Virus genome (UHGV): UHGV-0027971
Source: a virus
Length of the DNA stretch: 43,269 nt
Direction: 5' to 3' (one strand)
The translations under genes and the position numbers were made by a program. Under the pieces are notes generated by a model that saw nothing but the letters and a program-made list of their open reading frames with translations, made no database searches and was not told the origin of the DNA. Each line of letters opens with the position of its first letter. The first letter of the stretch is position 1. Positions 16,485 through 26,511 of the stretch are shown one piece after another.

Positions 16485-19201
16485 TATTTAGATCCCCACG
16501 AAAAGTAATCTTTAAATTTGTCCATACGTTCGTTATGCAGGCGCTGATACTGCTCATCCAGAGCGCGATGCTTGTCTTTGAAGTTTCGTATAGCCTGTCC
16601 ACGCATAATTTCTTCCTGCTCGTACTGCTCCCGTTCCTGCTGCATTTTCTTATAAGGTTCCCAATCTTCTAGTGATGGTTCCCAACGCATAGGACGCCCA
16701 TGTTTGTTATAAAACGGCTGGACCCGATCGATGCCATTTTCATCCTTAGTTCTTACCATAATGGCGTAATCACCATTACGGGGTGTTAACACGTCAGGGG
16801 TTATGAATAATTCTCCATTAATACGACTCTCAGGGGTTTTTGTCTCAACTACAGGAGCATTACCTGACGTGATCCCAAGCAACGTCGGACTGGTTGTTAT
16901 AATCTCTTTGCGCTCACCGTACATCAGCCGTTCTTTTTCAGCTTTCCACTGCGCCGCCTGCCAGCCTGACGGCCCATATTGATAAAGCGCCTCCGGTGCA
17001 TATTTCATAAACTGCGCTTCTCCGTTAACCTCGCTGATACTCCAAGTGCGGGCTATCTGCTGGTTGGTCATTTGCTTCGCTACGTCAGCGTTACCACCAG
17101 CAACGCGGTAGTTAATGTCATACATCGTCTGATAGTCATTACGGAATCTAGCTGCTTCCGGCGTCTGGTCATCCGCAGACGGATCCCAACGGAACCACTG
17201 CGCCATATTGCTGACAGCAGAATTCATCGCCTTGCTGCGATCATTTTTGTACTCTTTTGAACTCTGCGTTGATGCCAATTGAGCTTTAAGTGCATCGGTC
17301 TGGTTGTACGTAAGGTTCTGCGCCTGCTCGATAGCCGCATCAGCAGACATGCCAGAATCAGTTAGTTGCTTAACAGTCAGATAAAAACCCTGCATATCCT
17401 TCGGCATATTTCCAATAGATGCATTGTCTGTTTCATATAACCGACTAAACACTTCCGCCGCATTTTTAACCACTTCCTGATTGCTGGATCGGGATACTGC
17501 TGAAAGCTGCGTGATGACCTGCGAAGGCATTATGCCAGTCTGAGCCACAAGCCGAACAACCCCATCATGAGTGGAGACATCATTAATACGAAAGTTCTGC
17601 GCCATTTCTGTGTAATCAGCAGCTTTCTGCATTGACTTGTTGCTTGGGTCTAATTTTTCACCTATTGTCAGCGCCTCATTGAATCTGCGTGAATCCCGTT
17701 GCGCCTGAATTGCTTCATTTGATCTCTGAAGCAATGCAGACAATTTTCCGTAAGCATCGAGTTTTAACGCATAGTGAGGATCGTTAACCTCAGGCTTCAC
17801 TTTCTGCATTTCTTCTTGCTGCTGAGAAGGAGGCAAATACTGAATTGCCTGGAATATTCTCGCGTTATCAATCGCTATATCCAGTTGATTGATTATTTTA
17901 TCTGCGTTTTTTCCATACCCCCTGATGATGGTCTCCTGAGCCGGTATATAATCTGGAACCTCACCGTTATATAGCTGGGCCATGGTGTTATTAATAGCTG
18001 GCTCAAGCTGTTCTAATATTAACTTCCTTTGCTTTTCTATCTGACTATTAGCAAGGTTATCTATTTGATAAATAGTCAGTGGATCCATTCCAGTTTTATT
18101 TTTTCTATATCGGGAAAGCCACCCTTGTGTTTCTGATGGAAGATTTCGGATAAATTCTTCTTCTGATATTTCACCTTTACGTGGATCACCGACTTTGGCG
18201 ATCAGTTTATCCACGTTACCCATCCCCCAGTTATATGCTGCTCCGGTCAATATTTCTGAGCCGTACTTACCATACAGTTGATTTACATAGTCACTGGCAA
18301 GCATTTCATGCTGTTGTTCGTCCGTAGGGTTGTATTCAACGCCACGTTTGGCCGCCAGTTCTTTCCCTGTGCCCGGCATTAACTGGTATTTCCCCTGGGC
18401 CCTCTCTCCAGAAGATGTTTTCGGTCCTTCAAGAATACTACCATCAGGATTAAAATGACGATCACCTGATTCAACAAGGCGTATGGCACGCATGTCCATG
18501 CCTCCAGAATCATTTTTCTGAAACTGACCATTTAACCATCCTTCCGGATTAGCAGCGGCATAATTCTTCGCCCGCATTTCTGTGGCACTGCGATCATCAC
18601 TTTCTATTTCTTCCAGAATGCGTTCTTGTGACCATCCCCTGGCTGCTCCATATCTGGCAATGGCTACCATTCTGGAATTTCTGGCTAAAGTGGCAGTTTG
18701 CGGGTCATTCCAGGCATCCGCTTCATTTTGTATCCATAATTTTCTCGTTGCCTGATATTGCTCATCTTCATAGGCATTTGTCTGCCCTATCTCATGTCTG
18801 AGAACTCCAGTACTGAACTGAATTTTCTGTGTTCTGGCTTGTTGCAAAAACATATTTCTTGCTGCTTCATCAGTCAATGAAGCAGCTATTTCTTCCACAT
18901 CCTGATCAAATCCAGATATGTACTCTTGCCCCTTACCAATCGCATTTTTGCCTTGTTGTGCATAAAAACCGGTTTGAGGGTTATAAAGACGTTCATTGCT
19001 GCGCTGATTAAGCTGAAGGATGGCATCCTGAGACAATGCAACATTCGCTTTCTGCCTGGCTTCACCATATGCCACCGCATACTGATCTGCGACATTCGCC
19101 AGCACCTGACCTGCTTGAGGAACATCGAAGGTTTGAAAACCACCGGTTTGCACACCACGACTTTGCACCTGGCGTCCGGATGTAGTAGGAACAACAGGCA
19201 T
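16484..19201 (-). CDS. internal virion/ejection protein with lytic transglycosylase (SLT) domain
   Basis: 905 aa; SLT-like motifs LVESGDR, GKYQLMPGTG, AAYNWGMGNV. Confidence 0.8.
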   Translation of the reverse strand: MPVVPTTSGRQVQSRGVQTGGFQTFDVPQAGQVLANVADQYAVAYGEARQKANVALSQDAILQLNQRSNERLYNPQTGFYAQQGKNAIGKGQEYISGFDQDVEEIAASLTDEAARNMFLQQARTQKIQFSTGVLRHEIGQTNAYEDEQYQATRKLWIQNEADAWNDPQTATLARNSRMVAIARYGAARGWSQERILEEIESDDRSATEMRAKNYAAANPEGWLNGQFQKNDSGGMDMRAIRLVESGDRHFNPDGSILEGPKTSSGERAQGKYQLMPGTGKELAAKRGVEYNPTDEQQHEMLASDYVNQLYGKYGSEILTGAAYNWGMGNVDKLIAKVGDPRKGEISEEEFIRNLPSETQGWLSRYRKNKTGMDPLTIYQIDNLANSQIEKQRKLILEQLEPAINNTMAQLYNGEVPDYIPAQETIIRGYGKNADKIINQLDIAIDNARIFQAIQYLPPSQQQEEMQKVKPEVNDPHYALKLDAYGKLSALLQRSNEAIQAQRDSRRFNEALTIGEKLDPSNKSMQKAADYTEMAQNFRINDVSTHDGVVRLVAQTGIMPSQVITQLSAVSRSSNQEVVKNAAEVFSRLYETDNASIGNMPKDMQGFYLTVKQLTDSGMSADAAIEQAQNLTYNQTDALKAQLASTQSSKEYKNDRSKAMNSAVSNMAQWFRWDPSADDQTPEAARFRNDYQTMYDINYRVAGGNADVAKQMTNQQIARTWSISEVNGEAQFMKYAPEALYQYGPSGWQAAQWKAEKERLMYGERKEIITTSPTLLGITSGNAPVVETKTPESRINGELFITPDVLTPRNGDYAIMVRTKDENGIDRVQPFYNKHGRPMRWEPSLEDWEPYKKMQQEREQYEQEEIMRGQAIRNFKDKHRALDEQYQRLHNERMDKFKDYFSWGSK

Positions 19202-19767
19202 CAGTAACCTCCTATTTTGAATCGGGAGTCAGAATTCATAAAACCTGAGTTAGATAACATTGGCGTGTTTCCTTGCTTACTAATCGGATTGATACTTCCG
19301 CCACCCAACTTATATGCACCGTATGCTTTTAGTGGTGCCGTTAACAAAGTGCTGGTCATCGATGATTTAGCAGCCGACTGAGCAGCAGCCCCCTGTGCCT
19401 GAGCATTCATTCCCTGAACCTGATACCCATATGCCTCACGCTGAGCATTATTCACTGTCGTTAACGCATCAAGAGTGCCGAACTGAGCATTATCCGCAAA
19501 AACGTCAAGAGCTGTTCCGCTACTTAATTCCGCACCGGTAGCCCCCATAGTGGCCGCCGCAGTGCCTGAGCGTTGACGCATTTCACGACGACGCTGATCC
19601 GCTTCAATATTCCCACGATTGATTGAATCCTGTGCCTGAGCTTCAGCAATTTCAGCATTCCGATCAGCTATGGCTGACTGGTATTTTGCCTGCTTGCTCT
19701 GGCTGTACATTGACGCGGCTGTGGATGCCACTGTGACGGCAACCAAAGCGATGGCTGGGTTACACAT
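19201..19767 (-). CDS. internal virion protein (T7 gp14-position)
   Basis: 188 aa, A/Q-rich, N-terminal hydrophobic segment; call by synteny. Confidence 0.55.
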   Translation of the reverse strand: MCNPAIALVAVTVASTAASMYSQSKQAKYQSAIADRNAEIAEAQAQDSINRGNIEADQRRREMRQRSGTAAATMGATGAELSSGTALDVFADNAQFGTLDALTTVNNAQREAYGYQVQGMNAQAQGAAAQSAAKSSMTSTLLTAPLKAYGAYKLGGGSINPISKQGNTPMLSNSGFMNSDSRFKIGGY

Positions 19768-20231
19768 TATTTTCTCTCCATGTGAAATCTGTGGAAATTA
19801 AGACCAAGAGCACCATAAGGCGCGGCTTCTTCAAGCCTGAATCCAAGCCAGTGCAGCCATGCTTTGGCAACATGGTTTCGCTCGTCGACGTAGTTTTCCA
19901 GGCGCGGATAAACTGCCAGCATCTGCTGCAATACAGGGCGGCAGTGGCGAAGAAATGTCTTCTGATATTTTTCAATACGGCTGGTTCCTACCAGCCAGGG
20001 CGTACCATTGCCACCGATCATTGACGCCGGAGATACACCAAACATGGTTACCAGTTCTCCGTTCGCAAATCCTGACCAGGCCATAGTCGCAGTACGCAGA
20101 CCAACACGCAGCGCATCTTCGGTAGTCATCAGTGATACCGCATACAGTTCGTCAATATCAGCCTGACGAACATCCGGCAAAATCATCTGAAGATGCTCTT
20201 CGGTTGCGGGAATAATTTGAACATCGATCAT
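19767..20231 (-). CDS. virion protein (T7 gp13-position)
   Basis: 154 aa ORF between the tail tubular B-like and gp14-like genes; synteny only. Confidence 0.5.
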   Translation of the reverse strand: MIDVQIIPATEEHLQMILPDVRQADIDELYAVSLMTTEDALRVGLRTATMAWSGFANGELVTMFGVSPASMIGGNGTPWLVGTSRIEKYQKTFLRHCRPVLQQMLAVYPRLENYVDERNHVAKAWLHWLGFRLEEAAPYGALGLNFHRFHMERK

Positions 20232-22702
20232 CAGAATCCCCCAACAGTAAGGCGAGGAATAACGGCAAGAACAGACAGCGGAAACGGATCAAGCTGACGG
20301 ATTTTTACACGTCCGTTTTTGCCCCAGTTACTGTCCAGTTTCACTTCTACTTTTCCGGTAGCATCATCAACAGGATCATCGTAGAACTCGAATTCACGCT
20401 GTGGATATTCGTACCATTTACCGCCGGGCGTAGTCGCCCAGATGCCGCGACTGGCATTCACAACCAGAGTAACGAAGGGGATCACCTGTTTTTTGTCCAG
20501 CAGCGTTTCCTGTCCGTTAATGTTGATATCCAGTGTTTCGAATTCAGCAGTTATTGGCAGGCCGATGTGCACAACAGCCCCCGGAGATTCCAGCGTGACG
20601 GCACCTCCGGAAACAACTTTCTGTGGTTCCACGTTCGCATCAGAGAGAATGTTTACGGTCTGGCCTTCAAGATGAGACAGGCCTCCAAATGTCCGGCGCG
20701 CCATCTGCCAGTTCGTGGTGGCCACATTCCTGAGGGATGGCGGGACGTTCCTGTTAGCACGAACCACTACAGCGGTATTGCTGGTTACAGAAATAATGTC
20801 GCAACGTAATTCTTTTGACACCTCATCACCAGTATCAGGATCAGTTCCGGTATAAGGGAACTGTAGTTGCGCGCCGACATCACTACTGGTGAAGTACGCA
20901 CCACCAGAAACACTGATTGTATATTCCGCGCGGTAATCCCATTCACCAGAACCACCAGTGATGGTCATCGTTCTGTCAGACGTATTTCTTCCATCATAGC
21001 TAAGGCCAGAATCAACAAAGAAAGCATCTTCATCGCTGGTAAATAAACGGCTGGACAGTCGCTCGATGTATCTCACTGTTTGCCCGTTAACGGTTCGGTT
21101 AACGACGAAATACACCGCATCTTCATTTCCTTCGCTGATACTGCATGTGCTTTCATATTTTCCGGTACTGGATTGTGGTGCCCATGCAAAAACCTGCTGA
21201 TCACGCAAATAGGTCATCACCAGTAATTTACCGTCATCACGAATGCAGAAGGCGCTGGAGTAAGGGACAATAGAGAAGCACCAGTCAACAATGCTGTGCT
21301 TCTGAAAAAGATGATTGGCAAGGATGGTCAGGTCGTTCCCCTGATAGCCGTCAACATCGAATGAGTAGGCCAGATCACGGACAACGCTGCCTTTCTCCTG
21401 GACGAACAGAGCAATATTCGCCACGGCAATTGGCGGGACGTTGCTTGAGCCATTTGATCCCTGAGAGCTGAATGCAAATGATGATGGGGTTAACACTTTG
21501 TTCTGGTCGCCGGTGATGACGTACTCACCTCCGGAAGTCAGCGCCACCAGCGAACCAACATCAATCAGGTGACGGATCTCATTAACCTGACGCCCGGCAT
21601 AGGTGTAGATAATTCTGTCGTCATCCTGCGTAGGATTGCTTTTGCCAAAATCCTTATAATCCCCGGTACGGCTGGCCCAGATAGTCTGAGGAAACGCAGT
21701 CGATGCGGCGAAGTAAAGACGTTGTTGATAATAAACAACAGTGCCAGGATAACCATTAACACTGTTCCAGGCATATTTAGCCCATTTATAGCTGGCATTA
21801 TCCTCGCCAACTACCTGCGAAGGGATATAGGAAATCACCTCGGCAGTTGCAGTAGTTCCATTTGCAGCAGTGATACGGGCAATGCCAAAACCACTGTGCA
21901 GATATTCCCACTCAATGCCAGTATCATCATCACCGGATCCGCCCCAGCCATCCCATGATGTGCCTTCTGTATGCGAAGGGCGCAAAGTACCTGTTTTGCC
22001 TGCTTTAACGGCGCGATAGTAGTTACTGTCTGCTCGGCGAATATCGCCAATCGACGTACTCTTACTGGTTTCCCATACCGGCACAGAATCCACTGCAGGC
22101 TGTTCCAGATAGAACAATTTGCCTACCTGCTCCGCGCCAAAAATAGAGGCGCTTGCCGTTAGCGTAATTGTCCCGGTGCTGGCGCTGGCATAAACCGTCA
22201 CTGACTCGTCAATATTGATATCTTCAAATGGCCCGTTCTTCGTTACCACATCAACCAGTTGCCAGTTGTCATGCGCATAGCGGCGCAACTCTTTCGGCGG
22301 GTATGCCGGATGAACCAGCGTAAGCACGTCTGCGCTTTGCGTGAATTTAATTCGGAACAGATCGGCTTCAGTATATGGCGTGGAAATTTCATAAATAACA
22401 TTGCTGCTGTTCAGCACCAACGCACCATCTTTGATAACGCGCATGTACTGGTGTCCGAACTCCAGAGCATAAGTCTGAACCGTCGAGAACTGGAACGGGA
22501 TCAGGCGGCATTTCCGATTTGGATATTTGGCGGCACCGACAAAACGCGTACCAGGTCGATTCTCAACGCCGCCATACTGCCGCACGATAAAGTTATCGCA
22601 CTTGCGCAATGCCACCTGGTACTTCGCCATGTCAATACGCCCGTACAACGACGGTCCAATCTCACCACCGGCAAAGCTGGGCTGGATCCAACTGATAGCC
22701 AT
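20231..22702 (-). CDS. tail tubular protein B-like (nozzle)
   Basis: 823 aa; N-terminus MAISWIQPSFAGGEIGPSLYGR resembles the T7 gp12 family; follows the tubular A-like gene. Confidence 0.65.
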   Translation of the reverse strand: MAISWIQPSFAGGEIGPSLYGRIDMAKYQVALRKCDNFIVRQYGGVENRPGTRFVGAAKYPNRKCRLIPFQFSTVQTYALEFGHQYMRVIKDGALVLNSSNVIYEISTPYTEADLFRIKFTQSADVLTLVHPAYPPKELRRYAHDNWQLVDVVTKNGPFEDINIDESVTVYASASTGTITLTASASIFGAEQVGKLFYLEQPAVDSVPVWETSKSTSIGDIRRADSNYYRAVKAGKTGTLRPSHTEGTSWDGWGGSGDDDTGIEWEYLHSGFGIARITAANGTTATAEVISYIPSQVVGEDNASYKWAKYAWNSVNGYPGTVVYYQQRLYFAASTAFPQTIWASRTGDYKDFGKSNPTQDDDRIIYTYAGRQVNEIRHLIDVGSLVALTSGGEYVITGDQNKVLTPSSFAFSSQGSNGSSNVPPIAVANIALFVQEKGSVVRDLAYSFDVDGYQGNDLTILANHLFQKHSIVDWCFSIVPYSSAFCIRDDGKLLVMTYLRDQQVFAWAPQSSTGKYESTCSISEGNEDAVYFVVNRTVNGQTVRYIERLSSRLFTSDEDAFFVDSGLSYDGRNTSDRTMTITGGSGEWDYRAEYTISVSGGAYFTSSDVGAQLQFPYTGTDPDTGDEVSKELRCDIISVTSNTAVVVRANRNVPPSLRNVATTNWQMARRTFGGLSHLEGQTVNILSDANVEPQKVVSGGAVTLESPGAVVHIGLPITAEFETLDININGQETLLDKKQVIPFVTLVVNASRGIWATTPGGKWYEYPQREFEFYDDPVDDATGKVEVKLDSNWGKNGRVKIRQLDPFPLSVLAVIPRLTVGGF

Positions 22703-23310
22703 CAGGACAACCTCGCAATGGTAAACTCGTCAACCGGTGGCTGTGGTTCCTGTGATTCATTCTGGCTATGCGAGCCAGCACTAAGAATCACGCGATTGTA
22801 CATATTGAGAGCAAATGTACCGAGGTCTGCATTCCCAGTCAGCGCCATGTTAATAGCTGCCGCAAGACGCCAGGCCAACGCCTCCATAAAAATGGCATCA
22901 AACATGTTCACATCTGTAACGCGAGAGACATACTTGAGCCATGCCTGAGGCTGGTCTGTGTAGATCAACTTTCCTGTTCCGTTGGTGTCTGCACCAACTT
23001 CGTACTGAACGCGCATTGCTGCTGTTGGATTGCGTACACCAGGAAGCATAATTTCAGTAATGCGCAGACAATCTGACGGGTACTGGTACGCATATTCCCA
23101 GTCAGGCGGTGGATTGCTCGTATCTGCAAGCGCCACGCGTTTGGTAGCAAAGTTCCAGTCAAAATCAGAAAGCACAGCATCACGGCAGGCCTCAAAGTGC
23201 AGCGAACATTCCCCCGCTTCCTTGCTGGCTTCCGTCAGGCTGTTAATGCTGCGGCTGTTGCCAATATTGGACAGCGCACGATTACAGATCTCTACTACAG
23301 AGGCCATCAC
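22702..23310 (-). CDS. tail tubular protein A-like (adaptor)
   Basis: 202 aa; N-terminal ICNRALSNIGNSRSINSL resembles the T7 gp11 family; synteny. Confidence 0.6.
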   Translation of the reverse strand: MMASVVEICNRALSNIGNSRSINSLTEASKEAGECSLHFEACRDAVLSDFDWNFATKRVALADTSNPPPDWEYAYQYPSDCLRITEIMLPGVRNPTAAMRVQYEVGADTNGTGKLIYTDQPQAWLKYVSRVTDVNMFDAIFMEALAWRLAAAINMALTGNADLGTFALNMYNRVILSAGSHSQNESQEPQPPVDEFTIARLS

Positions 23311-23636
23311 TCACCTCCGTTACCGTACAGAGTTTCAGCCGCTGATTTTTCTACATCCCCGGAAACAGGAGCGATCGCCATATCAGTGATCTGCAGATCG
23401 GCGCTGCGATTAACGCCATCGTCAGTTTCTCTGGCAGACAGGCCTCGAATAACAGCCTTTGCAGTTATCATCACTTCTGTTCCGACGCCCTGAGGTTGCG
23501 TCTTCAGCTTATTCAATGTGTCGTTATTAAGAGTGATGCACAGCCCCCACGGGTATTCATCGCGAGTTCTGGTTTCTCCGCTCTCATCCTGGTAGCTGTC
23601 AGTGCCGGTTTTGAGGTTTACGAGTTCCATATACAC
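23307..23636 (-). CDS. hypothetical virion-module protein
   Basis: 109-aa ORF with ATGA overlap to the downstream gene. Confidence 0.45.
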   Translation of the reverse strand: MYMELVNLKTGTDSYQDESGETRTRDEYPWGLCITLNNDTLNKLKTQPQGVGTEVMITAKAVIRGLSARETDDGVNRSADLQITDMAIAPVSGDVEKSAAETLYGNGGE

Positions 23637-23642
23637 TCCTGC

Positions 23643-23664
23643 AATAAAGGGGCCGAAGCCCCTT
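23643..23664 (-). terminator. intra-operon hairpin terminator after the capsid gene block
   Basis: AAGGGGC-cgaa-GCCCCTT with a T-rich tract on the minus strand; position analogous to T7 T-phi. Confidence 0.5.
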
Positions 23665-23680
23665 GTCGGATTCGCGAGGC

Positions 23681-24025
23681 TTACACGCCCAGTTCTTTAC
23701 GCTTATCTGCGATCTTCTCGCGGAGCGTTTCGGCTTTAGCGTTATGGTGTGGCTTCTCGTTAAAGAGCAATTCGTACTCTTCACGGAGCTTATCCAGTTC
23801 GCCATCATCTGACACATCATTGATGATTTTGGTGCTGGTTGCTGCCATTGACACCTTTCCTGCAACTTTTGCTTTTGCCTGTCTGGCTGCATCGTTAACA
23901 GGTTCCAGTGCGCTACCAGGCTCACCTTCGTATTCGATTTCTGCCCCCTCCGGCCACAGAGTGTTATGGATATGAGAGAGGCGCAGAACGCGGTATCTTG
24001 GTTTCTCACCTGACATCGATATCAC
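23681..24025 (-). CDS. hypothetical virion-module protein
   Basis: 114-aa ORF, charged C-terminus. Confidence 0.45.
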   Translation of the reverse strand: MISMSGEKPRYRVLRLSHIHNTLWPEGAEIEYEGEPGSALEPVNDAARQAKAKVAGKVSMAATSTKIINDVSDDGELDKLREEYELLFNEKPHHNAKAETLREKIADKRKELGV

Positions 24026-24026
24026 C

Positions 24027-24464
24027 TTAACCAGTTACTTTTGAGCGGATCGGGTACGGCGTATTGGCATCAACATCCAGACTGATACCCGCAGTGAATT
24101 TGCCAGCCGTTAGTGGGCCAGTTGCGACGGAGTAGTTAACACGCAGATATCGCTGAACACCGGCAGGCACCTTTGCAGAAACAACTCGTTTACCTGCTGT
24201 CAGGGCGGTCTTTGCCAGTGCGCCACTATCATAAATAGTGGTCCATGAGCTGTTATTCTCACTCGTCTGCAACTGGATGTTTACAGTTGCATCACCGCTT
24301 GCCGCGGCGGCTGCGTTAACCAGCGCCCAAAACTCAAGCGGGTAACCCACGCCGATATCACGACGTTTTCCGTCAATTGGACCGAGATCGATTACGTCAG
24401 TAGAAGCCGCGGTATTCGTAACCGCCTGAGCTTCGGAGAACATCAACAGTTTGTCGGTGATCAT
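24027..24464 (-). CDS. hypothetical capsid-associated protein
   Basis: 145-aa ORF immediately downstream of the major capsid gene. Confidence 0.45.
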   Translation of the reverse strand: MITDKLLMFSEAQAVTNTAASTDVIDLGPIDGKRRDIGVGYPLEFWALVNAAAAASGDATVNIQLQTSENNSSWTTIYDSGALAKTALTAGKRVVSAKVPAGVQRYLRVNYSVATGPLTAGKFTAGISLDVDANTPYPIRSKVTG

Positions 24465-24515
24465 CTTCTTTCTCCATTAGTGGGCCTGTTGCGGCCCACA
24501 GGTTAATAACAGGCG

Positions 24516-25508
24516 TTACACCACGCGGGCTTCTGTTTCCAGAAGTGCGTCAGTTTCGCGAATCGGCACACCACGAAATCCTGTCCACCATTCGCCTTCT
24601 GTCTCTTTCACGCTGATCGCCAGAGAACTCTTCTCCAGAGATTGCAGGTCAAGCACTTCGTTAATGGTTCTGTTCATGTAGAAAATAGGACGTCCCATCC
24701 CACGATTTGGGATTCGATGAAGGGCACGAATCATCAGTTTTGCGATATTCGCAGCAGTAGAAGGAGCGTCAAGATTGCTGACATCGATGTTTGCAATGCG
24801 AACAACATAGCGCCAGTCACGCAATGTCAGCCCGTTGTCCCACTTATAATGGGTACGATAACCTTCGTACTTGCCGCCATTAGCATCTTCCAGTGTCACC
24901 TGGCCTTTATCTTCCATCTGGATGCCAGCCTTCTGCCCTTTCGGGAAGATGCCATGCACGGTGTTTTCGCCCCACACCACTAACCAGATTGAAGTGTTAT
25001 CTGTACCCGTGCCACCAGCATCAATGATGTTCTGAGCATTACCCGCAGACAGGCTGGAATAGCGGGAGGACAGTCCCATAAACTGCTGAGGGTTAACGCT
25101 GGAATCACCATAAAACAGCGTCTGCGCCATCTGCTGATTCATCGCTTCAATAAATGCTCGGTCTTCAGACAGGCGGAATTCGGCAGTATTACCGTTCAGA
25201 TCAGCCAGAGACTTATCGACTTCAGCATAGGTTTCCAGCATGCCAATGGAATCAGTGACCTGCACCGTTGTTGATTTGCTCGGTTGTACGCCATAGTTCA
25301 GCAAACGCCAGGTAGCGGAAGGCAAACCAGAACGAATGGTGGTTCGGTGTCCGGTAGGAAGGTTTCCTTCAACAAAAGGCATATCCTGAAGGATTGGGTT
25401 GGTTTGACTGAGAAGCTCGATAATCTTATCGACTTTCCCGTTTGAATCGACGCGCTTACCCCAGTCAGCCAGCGTTAGCGCAGTTAAGCCTTTAACAGAC
25501 ATTGTCAT
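24516..25508 (-). CDS. major capsid protein
   Basis: 330 aa, directly downstream of the scaffolding gene; size and position typical of HK97-fold capsid proteins. Confidence 0.8.
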   Translation of the reverse strand: MTMSVKGLTALTLADWGKRVDSNGKVDKIIELLSQTNPILQDMPFVEGNLPTGHRTTIRSGLPSATWRLLNYGVQPSKSTTVQVTDSIGMLETYAEVDKSLADLNGNTAEFRLSEDRAFIEAMNQQMAQTLFYGDSSVNPQQFMGLSSRYSSLSAGNAQNIIDAGGTGTDNTSIWLVVWGENTVHGIFPKGQKAGIQMEDKGQVTLEDANGGKYEGYRTHYKWDNGLTLRDWRYVVRIANIDVSNLDAPSTAANIAKLMIRALHRIPNRGMGRPIFYMNRTINEVLDLQSLEKSSLAISVKETEGEWWTGFRGVPIRETDALLETEARVV

Positions 25509-25516
25509 TTCCTCTC

Positions 25517-26218
25517 TTATTTGCCATAGAGCACTTCGGCCGCACTACGCTGGCCTTCATTACCACCGGTGACCATGCCATCTTCAGACATCGCCTTTCC
25601 GATTTTCACGAACGTTTTGACCAGATCAGGGTGATTACCCAGCCCGGTGGTGTTCAGATATTCTTTGAGCTCAGGTGTCCCGAACTGGTCAAGCGCACGC
25701 TGTGCGGCGCTAAGGTTAGAAATCAACTTGTCGCCACCGATTTCTTTGTCAGCTTTTACATCCGCAGCCCACTGCTCGGTTGTTTTCTGCCAGGCTTCTG
25801 CCTGGCGCTGCTGAACACCTGCCAGAATCTTCGGATAAGCATCAACCAGCTTTTGCGCTTGCTCGTTGGTCAGGTTAAGTTCTCGCGCCACCGGCTCGAA
25901 TTCCTTCAACGCTTCTGTATCCAGCTCTACGCCTTCGGCAGCCTGAAACTCGTACTTCTCAGGCGCACCCTCTGGTTTATCGCCGTCCTTTTTTTCACCC
26001 TGCTTATCGTTTTCAGGCTTTTTGTCATCAGCAGGTTTATCGCCATCAGCAACAGGTTGTGGCTTATCACCTTCCTGTTGTGATGGATCACCAACTGGAG
26101 CAGGGTTATCACCTGCATGCGCTGACGGTTCTGACGCAGCCGGAGCTGCCCCGCCATCGGCTGGCTGCTCATTGCAAAGACGGCGATACAGCAAACGCTC
26201 AAATAAATTCATGATCAC
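25517..26218 (-). CDS. scaffolding protein
   Basis: 233 aa, highly acidic/K-rich low-complexity N-terminal half, between portal and capsid genes. Confidence 0.65.
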   Translation of the reverse strand: MIMNLFERLLYRRLCNEQPADGGAAPAASEPSAHAGDNPAPVGDPSQQEGDKPQPVADGDKPADDKKPENDKQGEKKDGDKPEGAPEKYEFQAAEGVELDTEALKEFEPVARELNLTNEQAQKLVDAYPKILAGVQQRQAEAWQKTTEQWAADVKADKEIGGDKLISNLSAAQRALDQFGTPELKEYLNTTGLGNHPDLVKTFVKIGKAMSEDGMVTGGNEGQRSAAEVLYGK

Positions 26219-26511
26219 TCCTGTTCACTGGCCTCTTTGGCCATCTTCAAATACTGTTCAGGGCAATGAGCCATAACGCGCTGAAACAGTTCCAGCGCCA
26301 GATTGCGTTGCCCCTCATTAAATGCCATTGCCATAGCGTCCATTGGTGAGATAGCGGAAAACACACGGCCTTTCTCCAGCACAGACCAGACAACGCGACG
26401 CCCCTGTTCACTGCTCATGACAAAGCGAATGTCATCAATTTCACGCTGTGCCATGTCACGTTGCTTACGGGCGTTTTCTTCTTTCAGTTGATCGTCTTCA
26501 TAATCTGTCAT
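26215..26511 (-). CDS. hypothetical protein between portal and scaffold
   Basis: 98-aa ORF with overlapping start/stop codons to both neighbours. Confidence 0.45.
   Translation of the reverse strand: MTDYEDDQLKEENARKQRDMAQREIDDIRFVMSSEQGRRVVWSVLEKGRVFSAISPMDAMAMAFNEGQRNLALELFQRVMAHCPEQYLKMAKEASEQE

Noticed and set aside
24481-24500. Hairpin GTGGGCC-tgttgc-GGCCCAC between capsid and downstream gene as a terminator
   Set aside because: No U-run on either strand; more likely an RNA processing or stability element, not called.
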